The translations under genes and the position numbers were made by a program. Positions 10,524-20,321 of a DNA stretch of 64,000 nucleotides are shown here, piece by piece. The stretch spans positions 640,001 to 704,000 of the forward strand of contig OY970208.1 of assembly GCA_963713865.1 (NCBI GenBank), given 5' to 3'. The stretch's first letter is position 1, and every line of letters begins with the position of its first letter. The stretch comes from an uncultured candidate division Zixibacteria bacterium. Its GTDB lineage: Bacteria; Zixibacteria; MSB-5A5; RBG-16-43-9. Below the pieces are notes generated by a model. It searched no databases, was not told the origin of the DNA, and saw only the letters and a list, made by a program, of their open reading frames with translations.

Positions 10524-11417
10524 TCACCATAACCTCTGCCTTTTATTCAGATAAGAAAACAAAGCTCTATCAAAAGGGACTGAGGTGTCTAATAAAACAT
10601 AATCGATCAAACTCTCCCGGCATTCTAAGGTATATCTATTCAAAAGCCCCTTCAATCTATCCTGATACTCCTTTCTTATCTGCCAGGGTGAAGTCCAGAT
10701 CTCCTCTTTTGTTTCTAAATCCTTAAAAACCGCTTCATTATCAAAAGCAAAGCTCTGCTCCTTTGGGTCTAATATATGAAAAACAATCACCTCGTGCTTT
10801 TTATGTCTGAAATGCTTTAACCCGGTGATTATCTCCTCTGGTTGGTCAAAAAGGTCAGAGAGTAATATAATCAAACCTCTTCTTTTTATCCTCTCTGCCA
10901 TCTGGTGTAAGGTAGAGCTAATATTCGTAGTCTCAGAGGGTGAAAGCTTATCTAATTCTCTTAAGAGATTATGTAGATGACTCAGGGTTGACTTAGGAGG
11001 GATATACTTTTTAATCTTCTGGTCAAATATCACCAGTCCAACTGAATCCCTCTGCTTGAGCATTAAATAGGAGAGAGCTGCACAAAGATAGGATCCGTAT
11101 TCCAATTTGTTTATTCCGTTAGAGGAATATCCCATAGAGCCGGAAATATCTAAAAGCAGATAAGCTTTTAAATTTGTCTCCTCCTCAAATTCCTTGACAA
11201 AATATCTATCTGTCTTTCCATAGACTTTCCAGTCGATATTCCTCAAAGGGTCACCCGGCATATACTGCCGGTGCTCGGCAAACTCCACTGAAAAGCCATG
11301 ATAAGGGCTCCGATGCAATCCCGCGATAAACCCTTCCACCACCAGCCTTGCCTTAATCTCCATCCCGGAAAGCTTGGATACAACCTCCGGCTTTAAAAAA
11401 CGTCGATGATCTTGCAT
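10524..11417 (-). CDS. DUF58 domain protein (MoxR-associated)
   Basis: 'G.HRSP..G.SVEFAEHRQY.PGD..R.IDWK'. Confidence 0.93.
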   Translation of the reverse strand: MQDHRRFLKPEVVSKLSGMEIKARLVVEGFIAGLHRSPYHGFSVEFAEHRQYMPGDPLRNIDWKVYGKTDRYFVKEFEEETNLKAYLLLDISGSMGYSSNGINKLEYGSYLCAALSYLMLKQRDSVGLVIFDQKIKKYIPPKSTLSHLHNLLRELDKLSPSETTNISSTLHQMAERIKRRGLIILLSDLFDQPEEIITGLKHFRHKKHEVIVFHILDPKEQSFAFDNEAVFKDLETKEEIWTSPWQIRKEYQDRLKGLLNRYTLECRESLIDYVLLDTSVPFDRALFSYLNKRQRLW

Positions 11418-11681
11418 CTATTTCCTTTTTACTTTTGCGTGCTAAATAGTAATATTTCCCCTTCTTAATTCCTCCGCTATATCTTTTTTAATTTTATTTT
11501 TTGCCATTGAACTTTTAAACCTTTGAACATTTGAACTTTTTTTGTGGAGGTCTGAAGACCTCCGCTACGTTTATTCAACTGTTCTGGTGGCTCAGGCATC
11601 CCTGCCTGAGCTTGAAGAACAGGCAGGATGCCTGTTCTACCTTCTTTTATTGCTCCTTGCTACATGCTACCAGCTACAAGC

Positions 11682-12089
11682 TTAAAAAGAAAACCTTATC
11701 CCAAACTGGTTAACCGGTTTATCCACAAAGGTTCCAATTATCCTCTGATAGTTAAGGCTGAATTTTGGAACAATATCCTTAAGTAACCCGAATTCAAAAT
11801 AATGACAGGTTTTCCCCTTTTCCTGCAAACTCCGGTCTATATCACCGGTTACCTCAAGGGTAAACCAGGTACCCAACTTAAAGCTATTAATCATAACTAG
11901 TTGCAAAGTCTGACCAGCATCTTTCCAATCATCATAAGAGTTCTGATATAGTGAGATATTGTTAGAAAGCGGTTTTAAGCCAAAAGTCTGACCAGAACAA
12001 AAAGCTGGTAGAAAAACCAGATTTAAGAAAAGAATTAAAAAAAACTTTTTTCTCACTCCTCCCTCCTTTAAGATACTGTAGAGGCGCAT
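11682..12089 (-). CDS. Hypothetical exported beta-strand protein
   Basis: Signal-peptide-like N-terminus; C-terminal 'QFGIRFSF'. Confidence 0.55.
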   Translation of the reverse strand: MRLYSILKEGGVRKKFFLILFLNLVFLPAFCSGQTFGLKPLSNNISLYQNSYDDWKDAGQTLQLVMINSFKLGTWFTLEVTGDIDRSLQEKGKTCHYFEFGLLKDIVPKFSLNYQRIIGTFVDKPVNQFGIRFSF

Positions 12090-12125
12090 AGCTATGCGTC
12101 TCTATCTTTTATAAATAACCCTAAA

Positions 12126-12275
12126 GGGAGTGTTGAAAAACCGGAACTAATACAGTGTCATTCTGAGTCCGCCATAAGCGGACGAAGAATCTATTCATGG
12201 ATCAAGGAGATTCTTCAGTCGTCCGCCTTTGGCGAGACTCCCTCAGAATGACAGGATGGACTTTTTCAACATACC
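12126..12275. mobile_element. MITE-like element (TIR GGGAGTGTTGAAAAA / TTTTTCAACATACC) inserted in a REP palindrome
   Basis: Flanked by TAAA duplication; internal GTCATTCTGAG..GAAGAATCT..AGATTCTTC..CTCAGAATGAC palindrome; second copy at ~41321-41459. Confidence 0.7.
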
Positions 12276-12300
12276 TAAAGGTTCACACTCCAAAATCCTT

Positions 12301-13329
12301 TCAACCTGACTCCTTTACATCCTCTAACAACTTCTGAATAATCTCAAATGTCCCTACCCCATCTGCCTCAGCATTAAAGCTGGTAACAATCCTGTGTCGC
12401 AAAACCGGCAGGGCAACAGCTCTTACATCCTCGCAGGAAGGGGTATATCGGCCATCTAAAATAGCTTTAGTCTTTGCTCCCAAGACCATATATTGGGATG
12501 CCCTTGGACCTGCTCCCCAGGTAACCCAGTTTTTTATATATTCTAATGGCTTGTCTACCTCAGGCGGATCATTTAAAAGTGGGCGGGTATACCGGGCAAG
12601 TTTTACTGCATAATTTATCACATGGTCTGATACAGGTACTTTTCTGGCAAGTTTTTGCAATCTAACGATCTCTTCAGCTCCCATAACCTTATCCAGGTTC
12701 CAGGAGTAAGCCGAGGTAGTAGACTTGACTATAAGATTTTCTTCGTCTGTTGATGGATAGTTTATATAGATATTGAACATAAACCGGTCTAACTGTGCTT
12801 CAGGTAAAGGATAGGTTCCCTCCTGTTCAATCGGATTCTGGGTGGCTAAGACAAAAAAAGGTTCCGTGAGCTTGTAGGTTTGTCCACCAGCAGTTACCTC
12901 ATGCTCCTGCATCGCCTGAAGCAAAGCTGACTGGGTCTTGGGAGGGGTCCTGTTGATCTCGTCAGCCAGTATTATATTGGCAAAAATTGGCCCCTGGATG
13001 AATTTAAAAGCCCTTTCCCCAGTGGTTATATTCTCCTGAATTATTTCCGTCCCGGTAATATCTGAGGGCATCAAATCCGGAGTGAATTGGATTCTGCTGA
13101 ATTTCAAATCTAAAATCCTTGAGATTGTGCTGATTAGAAGGGTTTTGGCTAACCCCGGAACTCCGATTAAAAGGCAGTGTCCATTGGATAATAAAGCAAT
13201 CAATAACTCATCAATAACCTTATCCTGACCGATAATAACCTTCCTGATCTCCTTTTTTATCCTGTCCCTGGCATCTCTTAATTTCTCAACTGCTAAAAGG
13301 TCATCACCCACTGGCTTTTCATTAGACAT
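12301..13329 (-). CDS. moxR: MoxR family AAA+ ATPase
   Basis: 'GVPGLAKT', 'RIQFTPDLMPSD', 'LADEINR', 'ATQNPIEQEGTYPLPEAQLDRF'. Confidence 0.95.
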   Translation of the reverse strand: MSNEKPVGDDLLAVEKLRDARDRIKKEIRKVIIGQDKVIDELLIALLSNGHCLLIGVPGLAKTLLISTISRILDLKFSRIQFTPDLMPSDITGTEIIQENITTGERAFKFIQGPIFANIILADEINRTPPKTQSALLQAMQEHEVTAGGQTYKLTEPFFVLATQNPIEQEGTYPLPEAQLDRFMFNIYINYPSTDEENLIVKSTTSAYSWNLDKVMGAEEIVRLQKLARKVPVSDHVINYAVKLARYTRPLLNDPPEVDKPLEYIKNWVTWGAGPRASQYMVLGAKTKAILDGRYTPSCEDVRAVALPVLRHRIVTSFNAEADGVGTFEIIQKLLEDVKESG

Positions 13330-13724
13330 TAAACCTCCAGGTTTTTCGTTACCGTAACGTCCTCACTCCTATTCTCCCCTCCCTTGACGACCGATTAAAG
13401 CTTTACGGTCCTACGGGCTACGCCCCCGCCTGTCGGCGGGAGGCTACGCTCCTCGTAGAGGAGGGGTTAAGGGGGAGGGTGACCCCTCTCCCTACCCTCT
13501 CCCACAGGGGGAGAGGGAATTATAATCGTTGTCACTGGAGTGGCAACGCTATCTTCTCCCTCGTTTTATATTAATACGCAAAGAAGATAGAGTCAATTTA
13601 ATTCTGGATGGAAAAAGAAAAATAGAAGATGAAAAATAACGCTCTTTGTGGGTGTCCTCACCAAAGACCAGCAGAAAGTTCGGAGTGCATCGTCCGTGAC
13701 GACGCACTTCAAATCACCCAATAC

Positions 13725-14381
13725 TCACTCCACTACTATCTTTTTATCTCTTATATAAACTTTCTTTGTTTCCCCTGGCTTCAAAATAAAAGTATCAGAT
13801 TCAAGCTTCTCAGGTTTAACAAATAAGAGAATCTTTTTCCATTGGTAAATCTTGTTCCAGATCTCTGTTTGTCCCCCGGAAAGCGTATAAGCCTTCAAAT
13901 CCTTTTGTAAGGTATCAGAAAATTCCTCTAACCGTGTTAGTTTATATCCATCTCTGAATCCAAAAAAGCTTAAGGAGTTATCCCAGTTTAAAACCTCTGC
14001 TTGGAGCTTGAGTTTTCTATTCCCTGATATCTCAAATGTTTCTTCATAGGTTTTTCTCTCTTTACCTGCAGAGTAAAGATATAAAGTCAAATAAGAATCA
14101 CCAGCCGGTTCTGTTTTAATTTCTCCGACAAATTTTTCAGAAACCAAAGAATCATAAGGACGCAGATAATTCTGCATCTGAAAAAATAACCAGGCAAAAA
14201 AGATAAACAGGATTGAGAAAAAGAAAATTATAAATCTGATTAGAGCTCCATAACCTCTTTTCTCAGACTCGTCTTGAGCATAGCGAGCTCTGGCTAATAT
14301 CCAGAAAAAGAGTATAAAAAGTAAAACCAAACCCAAGCCAAGAAAAATCCCCCCAAAAATTGCAATTTTTGTTTCAGGCAT
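13725..14381 (-). CDS. Hypothetical membrane protein
   Basis: Two N-terminal TM segments; SD GAGGGG. Confidence 0.65.
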   Translation of the reverse strand: MPETKIAIFGGIFLGLGLVLLFILFFWILARARYAQDESEKRGYGALIRFIIFFFSILFIFFAWLFFQMQNYLRPYDSLVSEKFVGEIKTEPAGDSYLTLYLYSAGKERKTYEETFEISGNRKLKLQAEVLNWDNSLSFFGFRDGYKLTRLEEFSDTLQKDLKAYTLSGGQTEIWNKIYQWKKILLFVKPEKLESDTFILKPGETKKVYIRDKKIVVE

Positions 14382-14495
14382 AATTCCCCCTCTCCGGGTT
14401 TTATGTCCTATAAACCGAAACTCAGATGATGATTTAAACCATTTATTTTACTCTTTAAGTTAACCCTAAAAAGAGTCAACATTTAACAAAATGGA

Positions 14496-14594
14496 TGTGG
14501 ATAAATATCTTTTCGAACCCGCATTCTTTTATGATAACCCTTTATATTATAATAATTTAACATGCTATCCACATATCCTCTTTTTTTATCCACA
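14496..14594. promoter_or_regulatory. DnaA-box cluster
   Basis: TGTGGATAA 14496-14504, CTATCCACA 14565-14573, TTATCCACA 14586-14594 in AT-rich intergenic DNA. Confidence 0.7.
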
Positions 14595-14609
14595 TTTTGA
14601 AAAAAATTC

Positions 14610-15425
14610 CTAATTTATATATTCATCTGGAACCAAAGGTATATCATCTTTTCTTATTTCATAATGCAAATGGGGAGTAGGTCTTCCGGTTCTCCCGGAA
14701 AGGGCAACTACCTCACCCCTTTTAACCCTGTCACCTTGTTTAACGAAGATTTCCGAACAGCTGCAATAATAAGTTTTGTATCCATTTTCGTGATTTATGA
14801 TAATCAGGTTTCCATATTTTCTATCCTTACCCACAAAATCTATCAAACCATCTGCAGTTGCTTTGATTTCAGTTCCAATCCTTGCAGAGATATCGATTCC
14901 CGAATGCTCTTTTTTTGTTCCGGAATTCAGAGAATAATTTTTAATTATTTTCCCCTGAAGGGGTAATCCGGATGGAATGGTGGAAAAGATCGGTATTTTC
15001 TGGGTTTTCAACTGAGAAACTGTATCCTTAATATTTAATAGAGAAAGCTTTTCCGTTCTAATATTCTTAATAGAATCCTTATCTACCGGGAATTTCACAC
15101 CAGCTATCTGGGCTACCTGATGAGCAAATATACGATATTCCCTTAGCTCCTGTTCCAACTCTTTCACTTTAGAGTTGTACATCTTCAGCTGCTGGTTCTC
15201 CTTTGAAAGAGCTTGATTTAATACCAATTGAGAATTAAGTTTACCATAAGAAAAAATTAGAAAAACGAAAAAAGCCAAAAGAAGAAAGAGTATACCCATT
15301 AAAAGAACAACAATATTAATAGATAATTTGAAATTTAATCCTTTTCCCTGGTCCGGCTCTACAGGTCCGTTCCCGGATGAAATTGAAAATTTTAGGTGAT
15401 GGATTTTCTTAATATTTATCTTCAT
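14610..15425 (-). CDS. M23 family metallopeptidase
   Basis: TM + coiled coil; 'HSGIDI', 'ATADG', 'PHLHYEIR'. Confidence 0.9.
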   Translation of the reverse strand: MKINIKKIHHLKFSISSGNGPVEPDQGKGLNFKLSINIVVLLMGILFLLLAFFVFLIFSYGKLNSQLVLNQALSKENQQLKMYNSKVKELEQELREYRIFAHQVAQIAGVKFPVDKDSIKNIRTEKLSLLNIKDTVSQLKTQKIPIFSTIPSGLPLQGKIIKNYSLNSGTKKEHSGIDISARIGTEIKATADGLIDFVGKDRKYGNLIIINHENGYKTYYCSCSEIFVKQGDRVKRGEVVALSGRTGRPTPHLHYEIRKDDIPLVPDEYIN

Positions 15426-15619
15426 CTTTCCCTTCCTTGATGGCCGATAAAAGCTTTACGGTGGCTACGCCCTTTGCTCCTCGTAGAGGAGGGATATAAG
15501 GGAGGGTGAAAGTATTTTTATTCCCCCTTCTCCCTAATCCTATCCCACGAGGGGAGAGGGAATAAACTTTCTTGGAACGGGCACCCTTGCCTGTCTAATT
15601 GTTCCACTTATTAGAGTTC

Positions 15620-16492
15620 TTACAGAGTTATCTTAATCAACTCTAAGATTCTGTTCAAATCTTCATCCGAATAAAATTCAATTAAAATTTTTCCTCTCTT
15701 CCTACCTTTTACTATTTTAACTGAGGTCCCAAAATATTGTTTAAGTTTATCTTCGATTAATTGCAGCTGAGGATAAACTCTTTTCAATCTTCTTGCTTTG
15801 AGTCTCTTTGTACCATAAATCCTTTCCTCAACTTCTCTAACTGATAACCCCTTCGCTATAATCTCTTTTGCGAATTCTATCCTTTGACTTTCAGAATCTA
15901 AACTTAGAAGAGCTCTGGCATGACCCTCTGAAAGTCTGCCTGAGACTATATGTCCCTGAATCTCAACCGACAAATTTAAAAGTCTCAAAATATTAGAAAT
16001 AGTAGTCCGATCCTTCCCAACTTTTTTTGAAATATCCTCCTGGGAAACACCGAATTCTTCAATTAATTTTTTATAACCTCTACCCTGATCAATCGGATTT
16101 AAGTCTTCTCTCTGAATATTTTCAATAATTGATAGCTCTAACAAACCCTCTTTTGACAGATTTTCTGTCAAAATGGCTGGAATTATTGACAAGCCAAGCT
16201 TTTTTACTGCAACAAGTCTTCTTTCTCCTGCAACTAATTCATATCCATCATCTATCTTTCTTACTATTATCGGCTGAATAACCCCCTTTTCTTTTATCGA
16301 ATTTGCTAACTCATTTAACTTTTCAGGATCAAAACTACCTCTTGGTTGATATGGGTTAGGTTTGATCTCTTCAACTTCCAATTCTAGAACTCTTCTTTTC
16401 TCTTTTCCTATAGATTTTTCTTCAGACTTGATTTCCTGAGGTAGATCAGGAATCAAGGCTTTTATCCCTTTACCTAAAGCTACTCTGGTCAT
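15620..16492 (-). CDS. parB: Chromosome partitioning protein ParB
   Basis: 'ALGKG', 'NPYQPR', 'AGERR', 'ENIQREDL', HTH. Confidence 0.97.
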   Translation of the reverse strand: MTRVALGKGIKALIPDLPQEIKSEEKSIGKEKRRVLELEVEEIKPNPYQPRGSFDPEKLNELANSIKEKGVIQPIIVRKIDDGYELVAGERRLVAVKKLGLSIIPAILTENLSKEGLLELSIIENIQREDLNPIDQGRGYKKLIEEFGVSQEDISKKVGKDRTTISNILRLLNLSVEIQGHIVSGRLSEGHARALLSLDSESQRIEFAKEIIAKGLSVREVEERIYGTKRLKARRLKRVYPQLQLIEDKLKQYFGTSVKIVKGRKRGKILIEFYSDEDLNRILELIKITL

Positions 16493-17249
16493 GGTCTAAG
16501 ATCTCCTTAGCTAAATTTATATAGTTCTCTGCCCCGGTGGAGGTGATATCATAAAGTATAATCGGTTTTCCAAAACTTGGCGATTCAGAAATTCTGACAT
16601 TTCGGTGAATAACTGTATTATAAACTTTTAGACCGAAAAACTTTTTTGCCTCATCTGCCACCTGTTTAGACAGATTTAACCTTGTATCATACATAGTTAA
16701 CAGAACCCCTTCGATCTCTAAGTTTGGATTCAGACTTTTCTGCACTAAATTTATAGTATTTAATAACTGGCCCAATCCTTCCAATCCGTAATATTCACAT
16801 TGTATCGGTATAAGAACAGAATCAGATGCAGTCAGGGTATTGATAGTTAGAAGCCCTAAGGAAGGAGGTGTATCTATCAGGATAAAATTATATTCATCTT
16901 TGATGGGTATCAAAGCTGAAGTCAACTTTTTTTCTCTATTTTCTAAATTCACTAACTCAATCTCAGACCCAACCAATCTCAAAGAGGATGGAGCAATCTC
17001 TAAAAAAGGGATTGTAGTCGGAAGGATTACCTCTTTAATCGGGACTCCATCAATCAAGACTTCGTAAATTGTTTTCTCTAATTTATTTTTATCAATCCCC
17101 ATACCGGAAGTTGTATTTGCTTGAGGGTCTAAATCAATCAACAGAACTTTTTTTTCAGCCATAGCTAAGCAGGCAGAAAGATTTACTGCAGTTGTGGTTT
17201 TACCCACTCCCCCTTTTTGATTGGCAATTGCAATTACCTTCCCCATCAC
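16470..17249 (-). CDS. parA: Chromosome partitioning ATPase ParA/Soj
   Basis: 'NQKGGVGKTTT', 'DLDPQAN', 'DTPPSLG', 'ESPSFG'. Confidence 0.97.
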   Translation of the reverse strand: MMGKVIAIANQKGGVGKTTTAVNLSACLAMAEKKVLLIDLDPQANTTSGMGIDKNKLEKTIYEVLIDGVPIKEVILPTTIPFLEIAPSSLRLVGSEIELVNLENREKKLTSALIPIKDEYNFILIDTPPSLGLLTINTLTASDSVLIPIQCEYYGLEGLGQLLNTINLVQKSLNPNLEIEGVLLTMYDTRLNLSKQVADEAKKFFGLKVYNTVIHRNVRISESPSFGKPIILYDITSTGAENYINLAKEILDHDQSSFR

Positions 17250-17332
17250 ATAAATCCTTTTTTCATAAAATCAACTCCTTATGATTTTTGTATTTATAAG
17301 AGAGAAAAGAGAAAAAATCAAGAGATTTTTTC

Positions 17333-17370
17333 AAAAAAAGAAGGCCCCGATAAATCGGAGCTCTTTTTTT
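17333..17370. terminator. Putative bidirectional rho-independent terminator
   Basis: A-run + gccccgataaatcggagct hairpin + T-run, downstream of the 17395 gene. Confidence 0.55.
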
Positions 17371-17394
17371 ATAGGAAATGAAGGAAAAGTAATA

Positions 17395-20305
17395 CTATTT
17401 CAGCAAGCTCATCTTGGCAGTCTTGGTAAAAGTTCCAGTCTGCATCCGGTAGAAATATATACCAGAGGCAACCTCTTCACCCCGATCGTTTGTGCCATCC
17501 CAGAAGATAGTATAATACGCAGGAGATTGAGTCTCATCCACTAAAACTCTGATTTTCTGACCCAGAAGATTATAGACCACTAACTTTACCTGGCTTTCCT
17601 CAGCCAGAGCATATTTTATGATTGTTCCGAAATTGAAAGGATTAGGATAATTCTGAAAAAGCTCAAATTTCTCTGGAACAACTGATGAGGCAGTTATCTT
17701 TCGTTGCTCAGGGTCTTCTGGAAAACAGTTATTTGTAGTTCCTGAGACTATACTCACTGTATTGGAAGGATTACTCAAATCACTCGCATAATCAATAGCA
17801 TAAACTTTAAAGTTGTAACTTTTTCCAAGCTCCGGCACGCAGAAAATCGTGCTTGTAGAGGTCGCTGGCACTGTCTGAGATTGAGTCCAACTTCCCCGGA
17901 TTGCTGTAACCTTATACTGGGTCAAAGTGCCGGCTTTCTGATTTAAAGGTGGTTGCCAGGATAGAATAATTTCATTGGTATAGCAATAGGGACAGATTCC
18001 ATTAATACTCATTCCTCCTACTGAACCAAAGCCAGGACAGCAAATCCTGTTCAACCTGGCAGTTAAATTACGCGGTGGATTAGGAAAATTTTTAACTGTA
18101 ACCTCGTTGGAATATTCTGAGAAATATTGTTGGTCAAATGCCCGCACCCTGTAATTATAAGTCTCACTTCCAACCAAGGTTGTATCAGAATAACTCGTTA
18201 CATTGGAGTCAGTCGAGCCAATCTGAGACCAATTGGCTCCATCAGCTAATTTTCGCCACACTTCATAACCGGACTCATTTACATTAGGGTCAGACCAGGA
18301 GAGATTGATTCGTTGTGGAGAGCTCTGTCTACTGCCAGATAAATTGGAGGGGAGAAAGTTTGCCAGTCTGAAGAGCTTACCTTCTCCTGGGTTTAATATA
18401 GTATGAAAAATACCATATCCCGGAAAAGTATCAACCACCCCTCCTGTTAAGCAATCTATGAGATAGAAATAACGGCTTTTTTGTAAAGTAACCCTCTCAC
18501 AGGGCATCTCGAGATACCCTACCCAGCGGTTCACTAACATCAGATAATCTTCTCCCAGACTATCATCTTTAAACATCCCCACCTGAACGTAATTTGAGTA
18601 GACTGGATATTTACAGGAAAAACCACAGTTAATACACGCTACGCCTGTAACTGATCCTACAAAACTCTCGGGAGCTGCCAAGACAGAATCACCCGGACCG
18701 GCCCATTTCCATTCAAGCTTTCTCAGGACAGGTCCTAAAACATCAAGTTTCTCATTTATTTGTTTGACTGCATCAAATAAATACTCATGCGTGCCGGCAT
18801 AATATTGATTCTCAGGGTAAGGGTAAGTCTGAACTGGTATCCCGCTGGTATCTACTAAACCGCCATGGATAAGCGAATCATTTCGCCAGTAAGATGCATA
18901 TCTGAAATACCCAACTCCTTTGGCACCATAGGCTAATGCCATATATACTGTGGCTTTTAACTCATTATTATGTGGATACCTGTAAATATCAGGATATAGA
19001 GCTTCCCAGTAAGCATCAGCACCATACCACCATTCTTTACCTTTGGTTTCTGCAGCATTAGCTACTTTACTTACCCTCACAGCAAAAGAATCTAAGGTGG
19101 CTTGCCAGGCCTCGTTATTATTTTCAGGAGTCCTATCTCTTATTATTGGGTAATCGTCATAGAAAAGCTCATTGGGATAAGGATAAAGCTCATCCAAATA
19201 TCTGTAAGTATTCCGAAATATAAAATCACCTGTAGCCTGAATGCCGGGTGCATAATGTACTGAATCAAGGATTCGGTGAACTCTTTTACTACTGCGATAT
19301 TGGTCATAATCTGGTTCATCCTGTAAACACCAGCGATATAAGGATGAATCACCAAACTGCTCTTCGAGGGGCTTTATATTTGGGTCATTTATAAGTTTCC
19401 ATTGATAGACAGTATAAGTTGTATCGGGAAGGTATTTGACGTTGAATAATGAATCGTAGATATGGTCATAAACTTCAACATAATCTATGTAAAGGTCTGT
19501 CTGCTTATACCAGTAAACCTTATAGTCAAATGAATCCCGTGAGTTATATGGTGGTCTTTCGAAAGTGAGTGTGAAAGGGTAGTATTGACCAGCAAAAGAA
19601 TCATCATAGATTATAAGCCTTTCAACCAAAACCGAATCATTCCAGGTTTCCGCTATCACATCCCAGTCATAAAGATGCACCTCTAAATTTGCCACTGTAT
19701 CATTAGATGAATAGCCAGAAGGAACCTTTAATTTGAAGATGACATTGTAAACCAGAACCACTATCCCTATCCTGCTCCCGGCTGTAATCGATACCATTAG
19801 GGTCATTCCAGAGACTATCCAAAACATACCCTCGATTATCATTTGGATTGTTCTTAGAGACAAACCAGGCATACACATAGGGAATTACTGTGCTATCTAC
19901 GACTTGCTGACCATGACCAGCGTTATCATATTCCAGTTTAGTGCTCAGAAAACGGATTTGGTTCTCAGGATCTGGAGGTTGAAAGTAATCCGGTGCATTA
20001 TGTCGATCTGCCTGATACATACTGTATTGCCCCCAGGAATAGTATGCAGCATTTGCATTTATCAGGTTCAAATGGTAGTTTTGAGCTGCAGTAAAATCAT
20101 CTGTTTTAAAAGAAGTTCCGCTCTGAATCAGGGCGGTTAAACCAAGGGTATCTACTGCCTGGCAAAAGTACGGATAATAAGCGGAAGCAGTTGTACTATA
20201 AGGTGGCATATAGGCGATTCTGGGTAATTTATCCTCATAAGCAGAGACTATAATAATTGAATTTATTATAATCATTAAACCAAATAAAAGAATTTTTTTA
20301 AGCAT
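17395..20305 (-). pseudogene. Large secreted protein (signal peptide, putative glycoside-hydrolase-like core, 2x FN3, FlgD/T9SS-like CTD) split by a frameshift near 19760
   Basis: ORF 19703..20305 has the signal peptide; overlapping ORF 17395..19878 has 'LQDEP', FN3 motifs and 'QNYPNPFN...GIYFY'. Confidence 0.65.
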
Positions 20306-20321
20306 TTTTCACCCCAAAAAG

